From assembly GCA_963662625.1 (NCBI GenBank), contig OY759726.1, positions 32,001 to 96,000 on the forward strand: a stretch of 64,000 bases of DNA. Reading direction: 5' to 3'. The DNA is from Nitrosopumilus sp. (GTDB taxonomy: Archaea; Thermoproteota; Nitrososphaeria; Nitrososphaerales; Nitrosopumilaceae). The notes beneath the pieces were generated by a model. That model ran no database searches and was not told where the DNA came from. It saw only the letters and a program-made list of their open reading frames with translations. Positions 9,660-18,757 of the stretch are shown piece after piece. Made by a program: the position numbers and the translations under genes. Position 1 is the first letter of the stretch; the number at the start of each line of letters is the position of its first letter.

Positions 9660-10745
9660 TCAGGCGTCCATCCCTATGGTTTCAGGCAATCCAAGGCCGA
9701 CTAATATTTCATTGGCTGCCCTCTTGATCCCCAGCCGGTTCTTGATCAGTTTGCCGTCCATGACTACCTTGTCCTGCCAGATCGGGCTGTTTCGCATCCA
9801 GTCGATCTTCTGTAGCCCTCTGATCCGATCTTTCCAGTCAGATCGCTGGACCAGCACATGGCCCACCAGCCCTAGCGCGTTGAGGATGTTTGTGTGTGCA
9901 TGGACGTAGTCCTTCCTCAGGTCATAAGGAGTGAGCTTTTTCTGCACCAGAAGGTTCCACTCGGGTATATTTGATGCCACAGCGTCCCAGTACTCCACTG
10001 CTAGTTTTTGTTTTTCAGCAGAGATCGATTTTGTTGTGGGTTTGAGGCTTAAAAGATACCTTGTCGCATCTGCCACCCCGTTCAAAGTCACAAACTTGGT
10101 TGAGCGGTTGGAGATGTTTGTGCGCTCCATCTCCGTACGCCCGCAAAACACCTCAACGTCATTGACCAGATTGACGATGAATCTTGCAAACGTGTCCCGG
10201 TGGTCATACAGCAGTCCCAGTGACTTGGTTGGCTTGACCGCATGTTTGTTGAGGTCAGCAAACATCTGCTGGCTTCGCTCCAGCCCCCTGTCCTCAAACA
10301 CGACTACAGCCATGCGTTCCATGCCAATGCGTTCGTCGTCCTCGTATGCAGACCGGATTGCGGCGCACCGGTGCTGTCCATCATTGACTAGGATTCTTGC
10401 ACTGCTTGGTATCCTGATCTTTCCCACCTTGCTCTCCGAATTGTTACGTGGAGTAGGCTCAAAGTCTATCTTTTGGTCTACAGAGACCGTAATCGCTGAA
10501 AAGACATAGTTGTCAAGGTTGTCCAGTATGTAAGATGCTATCCTGGGCACGCGTGATTCCCTAATCTTGCGCTGGGCCCTCAAGTGTGCAGGAATTCCGG
10601 AATCCTTGTCAAACTTGAAGTGGTTGCTTATGGTGGCAAAATCAGACATCATGATATAAAACACGCGTCCAGCCTGAATGCCCTTTGTGGCGTCGAACGT
10701 CAGGGAGCTGGCAGCCTCGGCCTCGACATACTGTTGCCTGCTCAT
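9660..10745 (-). CDS. dndB: DNA sulfur modification protein DndB (DGQHR domain)
   Basis: 'GIQAGR', 'RAQR', 'NDGQHR', 'SQQMFADLN', 'LLYDHRD'. Confidence 0.93.
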   Translation of the reverse strand: MSRQQYVEAEAASSLTFDATKGIQAGRVFYIMMSDFATISNHFKFDKDSGIPAHLRAQRKIRESRVPRIASYILDNLDNYVFSAITVSVDQKIDFEPTPRNNSESKVGKIRIPSSARILVNDGQHRCAAIRSAYEDDERIGMERMAVVVFEDRGLERSQQMFADLNKHAVKPTKSLGLLYDHRDTFARFIVNLVNDVEVFCGRTEMERTNISNRSTKFVTLNGVADATRYLLSLKPTTKSISAEKQKLAVEYWDAVASNIPEWNLLVQKKLTPYDLRKDYVHAHTNILNALGLVGHVLVQRSDWKDRIRGLQKIDWMRNSPIWQDKVVMDGKLIKNRLGIKRAANEILVGLGLPETIGMDA

Positions 10746-11278
10746 TCATGACGCACCTGGAAGCATGTTGTAATTTTAATTTGCACGCGCGGTACTCGTG
10801 TTTTCCACTTTTGAGAGGGTTTGTGGCTAGGTGTTGACCTAGACGTTAATTCGTTTTAGCTAACATATGCAATTGATGTAAAGCGCAAAAAGAAAATTTC
10901 AAATTAAAATAAGGGCGGGATTGAAATCTCCGTTACAAATACTGTTAACATATTACTAATATAGTAAACACATAAAATAATTGTTCATTTTGGCCGGAAC
11001 TATCTCCGGGTTCATCGTGCCCCATATTGACCCAGTGGGTTCTACGGCGTCACCGCACAGGCGGCTACCTAGATAGTTCGTCACCACCCCATAGTCAGCG
11101 CATTATCTATTCGCTCATTTTGGTCCAGGGGGGATTCTTTTTGCGCATGGTGGCAAGCGTGGATCCGCCATATTGCATGTGTCAGTAGCACGTTGCTAGT
11201 CGATTTCATAATGCGTTGAGTACAGAATACGGGCCCCGCGCCGCGCAGGAAATGATGCGGCACCATAGGCACCGGCGG

Positions 11279-12778
11279 TCACGTGAACGCGTCGAGGCCT
11301 GTCTTGCCCGCGGCCTGGTTTTTCTTCAGCTCCCGCTCCATCCTGTCGCCCATGGACCTTGCCGCCGTCATCTTCCGCCGCCCTATCCAGTAGTACGTCT
11401 CGTCGATGGTCCCCCTGGCGATGAGGACGGTCAGCCTGCCGGCGTCCTTCCGCCCCGTCCTCCCGCGCCGCTGGACGAACCGGATCGAGCTGGGCACGTT
11501 GTCGTAGAACACGACCTGGTTCACCTCGGAGATGTCCAGCCCCTCCTCGCCGACTCGGGTGGCCACCAGCGCCCTGATCTGGCCGTCGCGGAACTTCCGC
11601 ACGACCTCGACCTGCTTCTTCTGCTTCAGCCCCGACTCGCCGGCCTTGCCGATCAGTATGCCCGCCGGGATCCCCATCTCGGCCAGGCTGTCGCGTATGA
11701 CGTCGACGGAGTCGCGGTAGCTGGAGAAGACCAGCACCTTGCCTGGGACGGACTCTATTATCTCCCTGAGCTTCGGGATCTTCGAGTGCTCGATCCCCTT
11801 GGCCTTGGCCTCGTTTGCCAGCCGGACTGCCCTGGTGAAGTTGGGGTCCTCCTCGAAGAGCTCCCTGACCCCGGCCCCCTTCTTTGCGCGGGCCCGCTCG
11901 CAGAACTTCAGGAACGGCGTGATCCCGTGCGCCTCCAGGATGTTCAGCGCGTAGTGGATCCTGATCGCCGTGAACAGCGGCTTCGCGGAGCGCCTGTCCC
12001 GGCCCAGGACGTGCGGCCGCAGCCGCAGCAGCGCCGAGAGCGACCGGTTGTCGCCCACGCCCACCCCGTTCCTGCGCAGGGTGGCGTACCTCTCGTCGAG
12101 CGCCAGCTTTACCAGCTTCTGGATCGCCCTCATCTCCGGCGGCAGGTCCACCTTGACCCACCGCGTGTCGGTCCGCTGGACGTAGGGCCTGACGTCGGGG
12201 CTCTCCTCGGTCCTCTCGGCCACGCTGGCTATCCGCAGCCTGGTCAGGATCTCGGTGGCCTTCTCCCTCTCGCTGGGCAGGGTGGCGGTCATGCCCAGGA
12301 TCCTGGCCCCCGTGCCCTCGAGGCGCCGGGCGATCCCGGAGTACGCATAGTCCCCCACCGCCCTGTGCACCTCGTCGAACACCACCAGCGAGAACTGCGA
12401 CGGGGAGACGAGCCCCCTGTCCAGGTCGTTCTTGGCGATCTCCGGCGTGGCGCACACCACGCTGCCGCCCCACGCGCGGGCCCGCCTCTTGATCGGGTCC
12501 TCGCCGGTGACAAGCGAGACGTCCTCCAGCGTGAGGCTGTCCCCGAGGAACCCGTGGTGCTGTGCCGCCAGCACGCGGGTCGGCGCCAGGAACAGCACGC
12601 CGCCCTCCCCCCGGGAGAGGAACTCGGACATCACGTGCAGCGCCACGGCGGTCTTGCCGAGCCCCGTGGGCAGCACCACGATGCAGTTCTCCGCGGCCGC
12701 CTGCGCGGCCAGGTTCTCCTGGTAGTCCCGCCTCTCGACGGCGTCCCTCCTGATGTACCTCTTTTCCACGTATTCCAC
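11279..12778 (-). CDS. Hef/MPH1(FANCM)-like SF2 DEAD/DEAH helicase without a nuclease domain
   Basis: 'LPTGLGKT', 'DEVH', 'MTAT', 'EEGLDI', 'QRRGRTGR'. Confidence 0.92.
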   Translation of the reverse strand: MEYVEKRYIRRDAVERRDYQENLAAQAAAENCIVVLPTGLGKTAVALHVMSEFLSRGEGGVLFLAPTRVLAAQHHGFLGDSLTLEDVSLVTGEDPIKRRARAWGGSVVCATPEIAKNDLDRGLVSPSQFSLVVFDEVHRAVGDYAYSGIARRLEGTGARILGMTATLPSEREKATEILTRLRIASVAERTEESPDVRPYVQRTDTRWVKVDLPPEMRAIQKLVKLALDERYATLRRNGVGVGDNRSLSALLRLRPHVLGRDRRSAKPLFTAIRIHYALNILEAHGITPFLKFCERARAKKGAGVRELFEEDPNFTRAVRLANEAKAKGIEHSKIPKLREIIESVPGKVLVFSSYRDSVDVIRDSLAEMGIPAGILIGKAGESGLKQKKQVEVVRKFRDGQIRALVATRVGEEGLDISEVNQVVFYDNVPSSIRFVQRRGRTGRKDAGRLTVLIARGTIDETYYWIGRRKMTAARSMGDRMERELKKNQAAGKTGLDAFT

Positions 12779-12913
12779 GGCAGGCGCCCGATCCGGGGCC
12801 GCGCCATGGGGATTTTATGCTTTCGGGTGGCCGGGCGCGACCCGTCGCCCGTAGTCTGTTGCACAACTCGGCACGATCCCCGGGCCGTGGCCAGGCCGTG
12901 CCGCTTGGAGTCC

Positions 12914-14068
12914 CTACGCCCCCGCCTCCCCCGCCCACCGGTTGTACTGGGCCACCCTGAGCCTTACCTCCTGCACGATGTTCTCCCACCTGCGCGAGTG
13001 CACGTGGTCCCCGAACATCCTCTTGAACGCCGATATGATTATCTCGATCAGCCACCTCCTGCCGTACCCCTTCCTGGCCTTCCAGTACCGGACGTTCTCC
13101 TCCCTCTCCCTCGTGCCCATCCTGTCGACGCGCGCCTCCGGGCCGCCCCCCAGCTGGTCCCGCACCGCCTCGCCCCACGCGCCGCCGGCGCCCTTGCCCC
13201 TGGCGGTGGACGCCACCTTGACCGGGATGATAGGCCCCACGCCCATGTCGCGGCACCTCCGCATGTTGTCCCGCGACGCGTACGCCCCGTCCGCGATCAG
13301 GCGCGCCCCGTGGGAGCCGGGCGGCTGGCCGCACTGCAGCGCGAGCGGCGCCACGCCGCTCGCGAGGAGGTTGGGCGGGGGCGAGCCCACGCGCGGCAGG
13401 GGATCCCCCGCCGCGGCTGCCTTCCCGCGGATCAGCGCCATGCGCCTGTCCTGCTTCCCCGCCGGCTTCCCGTCCGGCTTCCCGTCCGGCTTCCCGTCCG
13501 GCTTCCCGCCACGCGGCTCCACCACGGTTCCCAGGAGCTCCTTCAGCATGGGGGAGTCGCCCGTCCTGTCGTCGGTCACCACCGCCGCGAGTATCTTCTT
13601 CGTGTCGGCGTCGGCCAGCAGGTGCAGCTTGACGAACCCGCGCTTCACCTTCCACTTCTTCCGTATCCACTCGCCCCGGTTGCACTGCTTCAGGCCCGTG
13701 GCGTCGGCCAGCAGGGTCATGGGCTGGCCGCCGCCGGAGACGCGGACGACTCCCCCGCCGATGTCCACGTCGAGGCGCGCCATCCTCCTGGCCAGCACCG
13801 AGTAGTGCGGCGCGCCGTGCCCCCCCAGCATCCCCGCGAGGAGCCCGGACAGCTGCCTGTACTGTACCCCGAGCGAGGTCCTCACCGCGGCGGCGGCCAT
13901 GACCAGCGCCCCGGCGTACCTGAACGGGGCGCCCTCCTTGCCGGCGTTGGCCTCCCTCAGGTCGTCCTCCCAGCCGGGGTCATACGACACAGCCAGGCCC
14001 CTCCCGCGCCTGACGTATTTCTCGTTGTCGGTCGCAGCCAACGGGGACGGTGCGCGGCCGTGATCCAA
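12914..14068 (-). CDS. IS5-family DDE transposase
   Basis: 'ADATGLK..NRGEW', 'KLHL', 'ADGAYAS', 'YGRRWLIEIIISAFKRMFG'. Confidence 0.92.
   Translation of the reverse strand: MDHGRAPSPLAATDNEKYVRRGRGLAVSYDPGWEDDLREANAGKEGAPFRYAGALVMAAAAVRTSLGVQYRQLSGLLAGMLGGHGAPHYSVLARRMARLDVDIGGGVVRVSGGGQPMTLLADATGLKQCNRGEWIRKKWKVKRGFVKLHLLADADTKKILAAVVTDDRTGDSPMLKELLGTVVEPRGGKPDGKPDGKPDGKPAGKQDRRMALIRGKAAAAGDPLPRVGSPPPNLLASGVAPLALQCGQPPGSHGARLIADGAYASRDNMRRCRDMGVGPIIPVKVASTARGKGAGGAWGEAVRDQLGGGPEARVDRMGTREREENVRYWKARKGYGRRWLIEIIISAFKRMFGDHVHSRRWENIVQEVRLRVAQYNRWAGEAGA
13462..13509. repeat. 12-bp tandem repeat CCGGCTTCCCGT x4 (last copy has one mismatch) inside the transposase
   Basis: Encodes GKPD repeats. 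Confidence 0.9.
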
Positions 14069-14191
14069 GGCCTTTTCGGTTTGACATGGTTGGGCCGGGG
14101 GTTCAACTGTTTAGACCCGGCAATTTCTGGCAGTTGTGCAACAGACTAGTCGCCCGAATATCCATATATGGCACGGGTTGGCATGAAGGGC

Positions 14192-14719
14192 GTGAGCGGC
14201 TCATTCGAGAGGCCCAGCTGGGACGAGTACTTTATGCTCCAGGCGGAGCTTGCCAAGCTGCGCTCGAACTGCGTGGCCCGGCAGGTCGGGGCGGTCATAG
14301 TGCGGGGCCACAGGCAGCTGGCCACGGGGTACAACGGGACCCCTCCCGGGGTGAAGAACTGCTTCGAGGGGGGGTGCGAGAGGTGCCAGGCGAGGCTGGA
14401 CGGCAGCGTGGTGTCCGGCGAGGCGCTCGAGAGGTGCATGTGCAGCCACGCCGAGGCCAACGCCATAATGCACTGCGCGATACTCGGGATAGGCGCGGGA
14501 ACCGACGGCGCGGTCCTGTACACCACGCTGGCCCCGTGCCTGGAATGCACGAAGATGGCGGTGACCATAGGGATAAGGAGGTTCGTCTGCCTCGACCCCT
14601 ACCCGGAGGCCGTCCACGGGCTGCTCGAGGAGGCCGGCGTCGAGCTGGTGCGGATGGACAGGGGCAGGATCGCGAGGTGGATCGGGGAGCTGTCCGGCGC
14701 GCGCGGGGCGGCCCGGTGA
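14192..14719 (+). CDS. dCMP deaminase
   Basis: 'RPSWDEYFM', 'HAEANA', 'PCLEC' zinc motif; start chosen at GTG 14192 (14168 and 14183 are alternatives). Confidence 0.92.
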   Translation: MSGSFERPSWDEYFMLQAELAKLRSNCVARQVGAVIVRGHRQLATGYNGTPPGVKNCFEGGCERCQARLDGSVVSGEALERCMCSHAEANAIMHCAILGIGAGTDGAVLYTTLAPCLECTKMAVTIGIRRFVCLDPYPEAVHGLLEEAGVELVRMDRGRIARWIGELSGARGAAR

Positions 14720-14725
14720 GGGCGG

Positions 14726-17278
14726 ATGCTGCCGGCAGACCACGAGAACCCCGAGTCCATGCCCCCGGCGATGCTGGTGTCGGCCACGTACGACAGCCCC
14801 ACCAAGTCGGCCGTGCTCAAGTTCTACGAGCCCGAGTCCGAGGAGCTCTTCCTGTGGAGGGACGAGACGGGGCACAGGCCCTACTGCTACTCCAGGCTGC
14901 CGCCCGACGAGCTGGACTTCCTGCGGGAGAGGGACGACGTGCTGGAGATAAGGCAGGTGGCCCGCAACGACCTGGCTGGGGACAGGGAGATCCCCATGTC
15001 GAAGATAATAGTGGCCGACCCGCTGGCGATAGGCGGCACGGCCGGGGAGAAGAGCATCAGGAACACCATGGAGACGTGGGAGTCGGACATAAAGTACTAC
15101 GAGAACTACCTGTACGACAGGTCGCTCATAGTCGGGAGGTACTACAGGGCCGAGGGCGGGAAGCTGGTCCCGCACGAGGCGGAGATCCCCGCCGGGGTGA
15201 GGGAGGCGCTCAGGGGCCTGCTGTGGGACAGGGACGACGGCGGGAACGTGGTGGACGCCGGCGAGTTCAGGGAGTTCACGGAGGAGTGGGCCGACCTGCT
15301 GAACCAGCCCATACCCAGCATCAGGCGCCTCAGCGTGGACATCGAGGTGGAGGCCGAGCCCGGCAGGGTCCCCGACCCCAAGAGGGCCGAGGGGAAGGTC
15401 ACCGCCATAGGGTTCAAGGGGGGAGGCGGGCTCGACCTGGTACTCGTCCTGAGAACCGAGGGGGCCGCCGAGGGCGCCAACGAGCTGGGGCCCGGCGTCG
15501 AGGCGAGGTTCTACGGCCCGGGCGCGGAGAAGGAGATGATAGCCGACGCCTTCGGGGTGATCTCCGGGTTCCCGTTCCTGGTCACGTACAACGGGGACGA
15601 GTTCGACCTGCCCTACCTCTACAACAGGGCCGAACGGCTCGGGATCCCCAGGGACGACAACCCGCTGTACATGATGAGGGACTCTGCCACCCTCAAGCGC
15701 GGGGTCCACCTGGACCTGTACAGGACGCTCTCCAACCGCTCGTTCCAGATCTACGCGTTCAGCCAGAGCTACACCGACTTTTCCCTCAACAGCGTCTCAA
15801 AGGCGCTGATCGGCAAGGAGAAGATCGACTACGGCGTCGCCCTCGGCGACCTGGAGCTGTACCAGACGGCCAACTACTGCTACAACGACGCCATGCTCAC
15901 CTACGAGCTGACGAGCTTCAACGGCGACCTGCTGATGAACCTGCTCGTCATCATCGCCAGGATCGGCCGCATGCCGGTGGACGACATCGCCAGGATGGGG
16001 GTGTCGCAGTGGATAAGGAGCCTCCTGTACTACGAGCACAGGAAGCGCAACGCCCTGATCCCGAGGAGGGACGAGCTGCAGAAGAGGTCCGAGGGGGTCA
16101 TGTCCGACGCCGTGATCAAGGACAAAAAGTACCGCGGGGGGCTGGTGGTGGACCCCAAGGAGGGGATCCACTTCAACGTCACCGTGATGGACTTTGCCAG
16201 CCTGTACCCGAGCATAATCAAGGTGAGGAACCTGTCGTACGAGACCGTGAGGTGCCCCCACAAGGAATGCGCGGAGAACAGGATCCCGCAGACGAACCAC
16301 TGGGCGTGCTCCAGGAAGAACGGCATGACCTCGACGATAATAGGCTCGCTGAGGGACCTGAGGGTGAACTACTACAAGAGCCTCTCGAGGGAGGAGTCGC
16401 TGTCGGACCAGCAGAGGCAGCAGTACGGCGTGGTCAGCCAGGCGCTCAAGGTCATACTCAACGCGAGCTACGGCGTGATGGGCGCCGAGATATTCCCGCT
16501 GTACTTCCTGCCCGTGGCCGAGGCGACCACGGCGATAGGGAGGCACACGATCCTGGAGACCATCAAGAAGTGCGAGGCGACCGGCATCGAGGTCCTGTAC
16601 GGCGACACCGACTCGCTGTTCATCCTGGACCCGACCGACGAGCAGGTGCGGCGCGTCATCTCCGACGCCAAGGAGGACCACGGGGTCGACCTGGAGGTGG
16701 ACAAGGAGTACCGCTACTGCGTGCTCAGCAACAGGAAGAAGAACTACCTCGGCGTCACGAGGTCCGGGAAGGTCGACGTCAAGGGGCTGACGGGCAAAAA
16801 GTCCCACACGCCGCCGTTCATCAGGGACCTGTTCTACGAGCTGCTCGACGTGCTGGCCGGCGTGCAGAACAGGGAGGACTTTGACAGGGCCAAGCGGGAG
16901 ATCTCGGGCAAGATCGCCGAGTGCGGGAGGAGGGTGGAGTCCAGGGAGATACCGCTGAAGGACCTCACGTTCAACGTGATGATCAGCAAGGCGCCGTCGG
17001 AGTACACGAAGACCATACCCCAGCACATCCGGGCCGCGAAGCTGCTGGAGTCCACCAGGGAGCTGAAGAAGGGGGACAGGATATCCTACGTGAAGGTGAC
17101 GAGCAGGATCGGCGTCAAGCCGGTGGAGCTGGCCAGGAGCGACGAGATCGACTCGAAGAAGTACATGGAGTTCATGGAGTCCACGCTGGAGCAGATCACG
17201 TCGTCGATGGACCTGGACTTTGACGACATGCTGGGCAAGCCAAAGCAGACCGGGCTCGACGAGTACTTTTGGAAGTAG
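14726..17278 (+). CDS. polB: Family B DNA polymerase (PolB1)
   Basis: Exo 'DIE' and 'YNGDEFDLPYL', 'DFASLYPSII', 'KVILNASYG', 'YGDTDS', 'KKNY'. Confidence 0.97.
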   Translation: MLPADHENPESMPPAMLVSATYDSPTKSAVLKFYEPESEELFLWRDETGHRPYCYSRLPPDELDFLRERDDVLEIRQVARNDLAGDREIPMSKIIVADPLAIGGTAGEKSIRNTMETWESDIKYYENYLYDRSLIVGRYYRAEGGKLVPHEAEIPAGVREALRGLLWDRDDGGNVVDAGEFREFTEEWADLLNQPIPSIRRLSVDIEVEAEPGRVPDPKRAEGKVTAIGFKGGGGLDLVLVLRTEGAAEGANELGPGVEARFYGPGAEKEMIADAFGVISGFPFLVTYNGDEFDLPYLYNRAERLGIPRDDNPLYMMRDSATLKRGVHLDLYRTLSNRSFQIYAFSQSYTDFSLNSVSKALIGKEKIDYGVALGDLELYQTANYCYNDAMLTYELTSFNGDLLMNLLVIIARIGRMPVDDIARMGVSQWIRSLLYYEHRKRNALIPRRDELQKRSEGVMSDAVIKDKKYRGGLVVDPKEGIHFNVTVMDFASLYPSIIKVRNLSYETVRCPHKECAENRIPQTNHWACSRKNGMTSTIIGSLRDLRVNYYKSLSREESLSDQQRQQYGVVSQALKVILNASYGVMGAEIFPLYFLPVAEATTAIGRHTILETIKKCEATGIEVLYGDTDSLFILDPTDEQVRRVISDAKEDHGVDLEVDKEYRYCVLSNRKKNYLGVTRSGKVDVKGLTGKKSHTPPFIRDLFYELLDVLAGVQNREDFDRAKREISGKIAECGRRVESREIPLKDLTFNVMISKAPSEYTKTIPQHIRAAKLLESTRELKKGDRISYVKVTSRIGVKPVELARSDEIDSKKYMEFMESTLEQITSSMDLDFDDMLGKPKQTGLDEYFWK

Positions 17279-17287
17279 GGCCGGGGC

Positions 17288-17566
17288 ATGGAGGACATAC
17301 CGCTGACGATCCTGGGCACGGTGGCAGGGATCCTCATCCTGTCCGGGTGGGTCCAGCAGATAATCAAGGGGCACAGGACGAAGAGCCTCAAGGACCTCTC
17401 GACGTACCTGACCATATTCATCTCGGCCGGCGCCATACTCTGGCTGGTCTACGGGATCATAATCTCCGACGTCTTCATAATAGGGACCAACATCGCGGCG
17501 GTCGTCCTGATGATGACGGTCCTCACCATGAAGAAGAAGTACGACGGGGCAGCGCGCGGGGCGTAG
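17288..17566 (+). CDS. SemiSWEET/MtN3-like small membrane transporter
   Basis: Three hydrophobic helices; 'QIIKGHRTKSLKDLS', 'LWLVYG', 'IIGTN'. Confidence 0.8.
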   Translation: MEDIPLTILGTVAGILILSGWVQQIIKGHRTKSLKDLSTYLTIFISAGAILWLVYGIIISDVFIIGTNIAAVVLMMTVLTMKKKYDGAARGA

Positions 17567-17691
17567 GGCGGGGCGGGGCTGGCACGGGCCCGGCGCGGGC
17601 ATTCTCCAACCGCGGGCGGGTTCGGCACTGACCCGGGGTTTGCAGTGGGCGTTGCGCAAAGCCTAATAGCGCGCATGCGCCACATGACTGC

Positions 17692-18447
17692 ATGAAACGC
17701 GCAATCCTGACGGTCTCAGGGGAGGTCCAGGGGGTGGGCTTCCGCGACATAGCCAGGCGGGCCGCGAGGAAATGCTCCATCGCGGGTACCGTCGAGAACA
17801 TGGACGACGGGACGGTGCGCATATCGTGCGAGGGGGAAGAGGACGACATCGGGAAGTTCACCGCCGCGCTGCGCCGCGCGGAATTCCCTGCGGAGGTGGA
17901 CGACATACGGGCAGAGTACTCCGAGCCCACCGGGGAATACAGGCGGTTTGCCATAATCCGCGGGGAGGACGGCAGGGAAGACAGGGAGTCGATGAACACC
18001 GGAATAGCCATCCTCCACCAGATGAACGAAAAGCAGGACGCCATGCTCGAAAAGCAGGACGCCATGCTCGAAAAGCAGGACGCCATGCTCGAAAAGCAGG
18101 ACGCCATGCTCGAAAAGCAGGACGCCACCATAGACGGGATCCGCCAGATGAACGAAAAGCAGGACGCCATGCTCGAAAAGCAGGACGCCACCATAGACGG
18201 GATCCGCCAGATGAACGAAAAGCAGGACGCCATGCTCGAAAAGCAGGACGCCACCATAGACGGGATCCGCCAGATGAACGAAAAGCAGGACGCCATGCTC
18301 GAAAAGCAGGACGCCATGCTCGAAAAGCAGGACGCCACCGTAGACGGGATCCGCCAGATCTCATCTGATATCCGCGTCGTGGTGGACGCGCGCCTGCGGC
18401 GCGTGGAGGAAGACGTCGCAAAGATAAAGACAAGGTTGTCGATATGA
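17692..18447 (+). CDS. Acylphosphatase domain fused to a heptad-repeat coiled coil
   Basis: 'VSGEVQGVGFR...GTVENMDDGTV' acylphosphatase signature followed by repeated MLEKQDA/TIDGIRQ/MNEKQDA. Confidence 0.85.
   Translation: MKRAILTVSGEVQGVGFRDIARRAARKCSIAGTVENMDDGTVRISCEGEEDDIGKFTAALRRAEFPAEVDDIRAEYSEPTGEYRRFAIIRGEDGREDRESMNTGIAILHQMNEKQDAMLEKQDAMLEKQDAMLEKQDAMLEKQDATIDGIRQMNEKQDAMLEKQDATIDGIRQMNEKQDAMLEKQDATIDGIRQMNEKQDAMLEKQDAMLEKQDATVDGIRQISSDIRVVVDARLRRVEEDVAKIKTRLSI
18019..18358. repeat. 21-bp coding tandem repeat with a 63-bp higher-order period
   Basis: Unit GCCATGCTCGAAAAGCAGGAC interleaved with GCCACCATAGACGGGATCCGCCAGATGAACGAAAAGCAGGAC. Confidence 0.95.
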
Positions 18448-18579
18448 CCGCGTTGCCACGCCGGCTGCCCCGCGGTTTTTTCGGACGTGGCCGCGGGTGG
18501 CCTCTTTTCCATGATCCGCTTGGCCCGTCCCGCTTCCCGCGGGCAGCCATCGGACGGCACTGCCTTCCGGGACATGGCG

Positions 18580-18757
18580 CCGCCACTGCGTGTCCAGCAA
18601 CAGGAAGAAGAACCATCCGGCGTCACGGGGTCCGCGAAGGTCGGCATCAAGGGGCTGGCGGGCAAAAAGTCCACGCGGTGCCGCTCATCAGGAAGCCACC
18701 CTGCGCGCTGGCCGGCGTGCAGGACGGGGATGGCTTTGACAGGGCCATATGCGGGAC
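18580..18757 (+). pseudogene. Degenerate duplicated fragment of polB
   Basis: Aligns by eye to polB ~16711-16898 (CAGCAACAGGAAGAAGAAC, TCAAGGGGCTG.CGGGCAAAAAGTCC, GCTGGCCGGCGTGCAG, CTTTGACAGGGCCA) with indels. Confidence 0.8.

Larger units (their letters stand above)
12852..14148. mobile_element. Complete IS5-family (IS903-like) insertion sequence, 1297 bp
   Basis: Perfect 17-bp TIRs TAGTCTGTTGCACAACT (12852-12868; inverted at 14132-14148); 8-bp direct target duplication GTCGCCCG (12844-12851 and 14149-14156). Confidence 0.95.

Noticed and set aside
10981-11220. Possible tRNA, att site or small gene at the island's right border
   Set aside because: No cloverleaf or T-loop motif, no repeat matching the left border, and no recognisable protein
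11279-12778. Helicase next to dndB as a PbeA/DndH-like restriction component
   Set aside because: Host-like GC, Hef/MPH1 motifs, no nuclease domain, and it belongs to the core helicase-dCMP deaminase-polB neighbourhood
11196-14149. Very long alternative-frame ORFs (829 aa and 977 aa here, and many similar ones across the window)
   Set aside because: Arg/Gly/Pro-rich shadow frames caused by high GC3 of real genes on the same or opposite strand
18019-18358. Repeat array as CRISPR
   Set aside because: Contiguous in-frame coding repeats with no unique spacers
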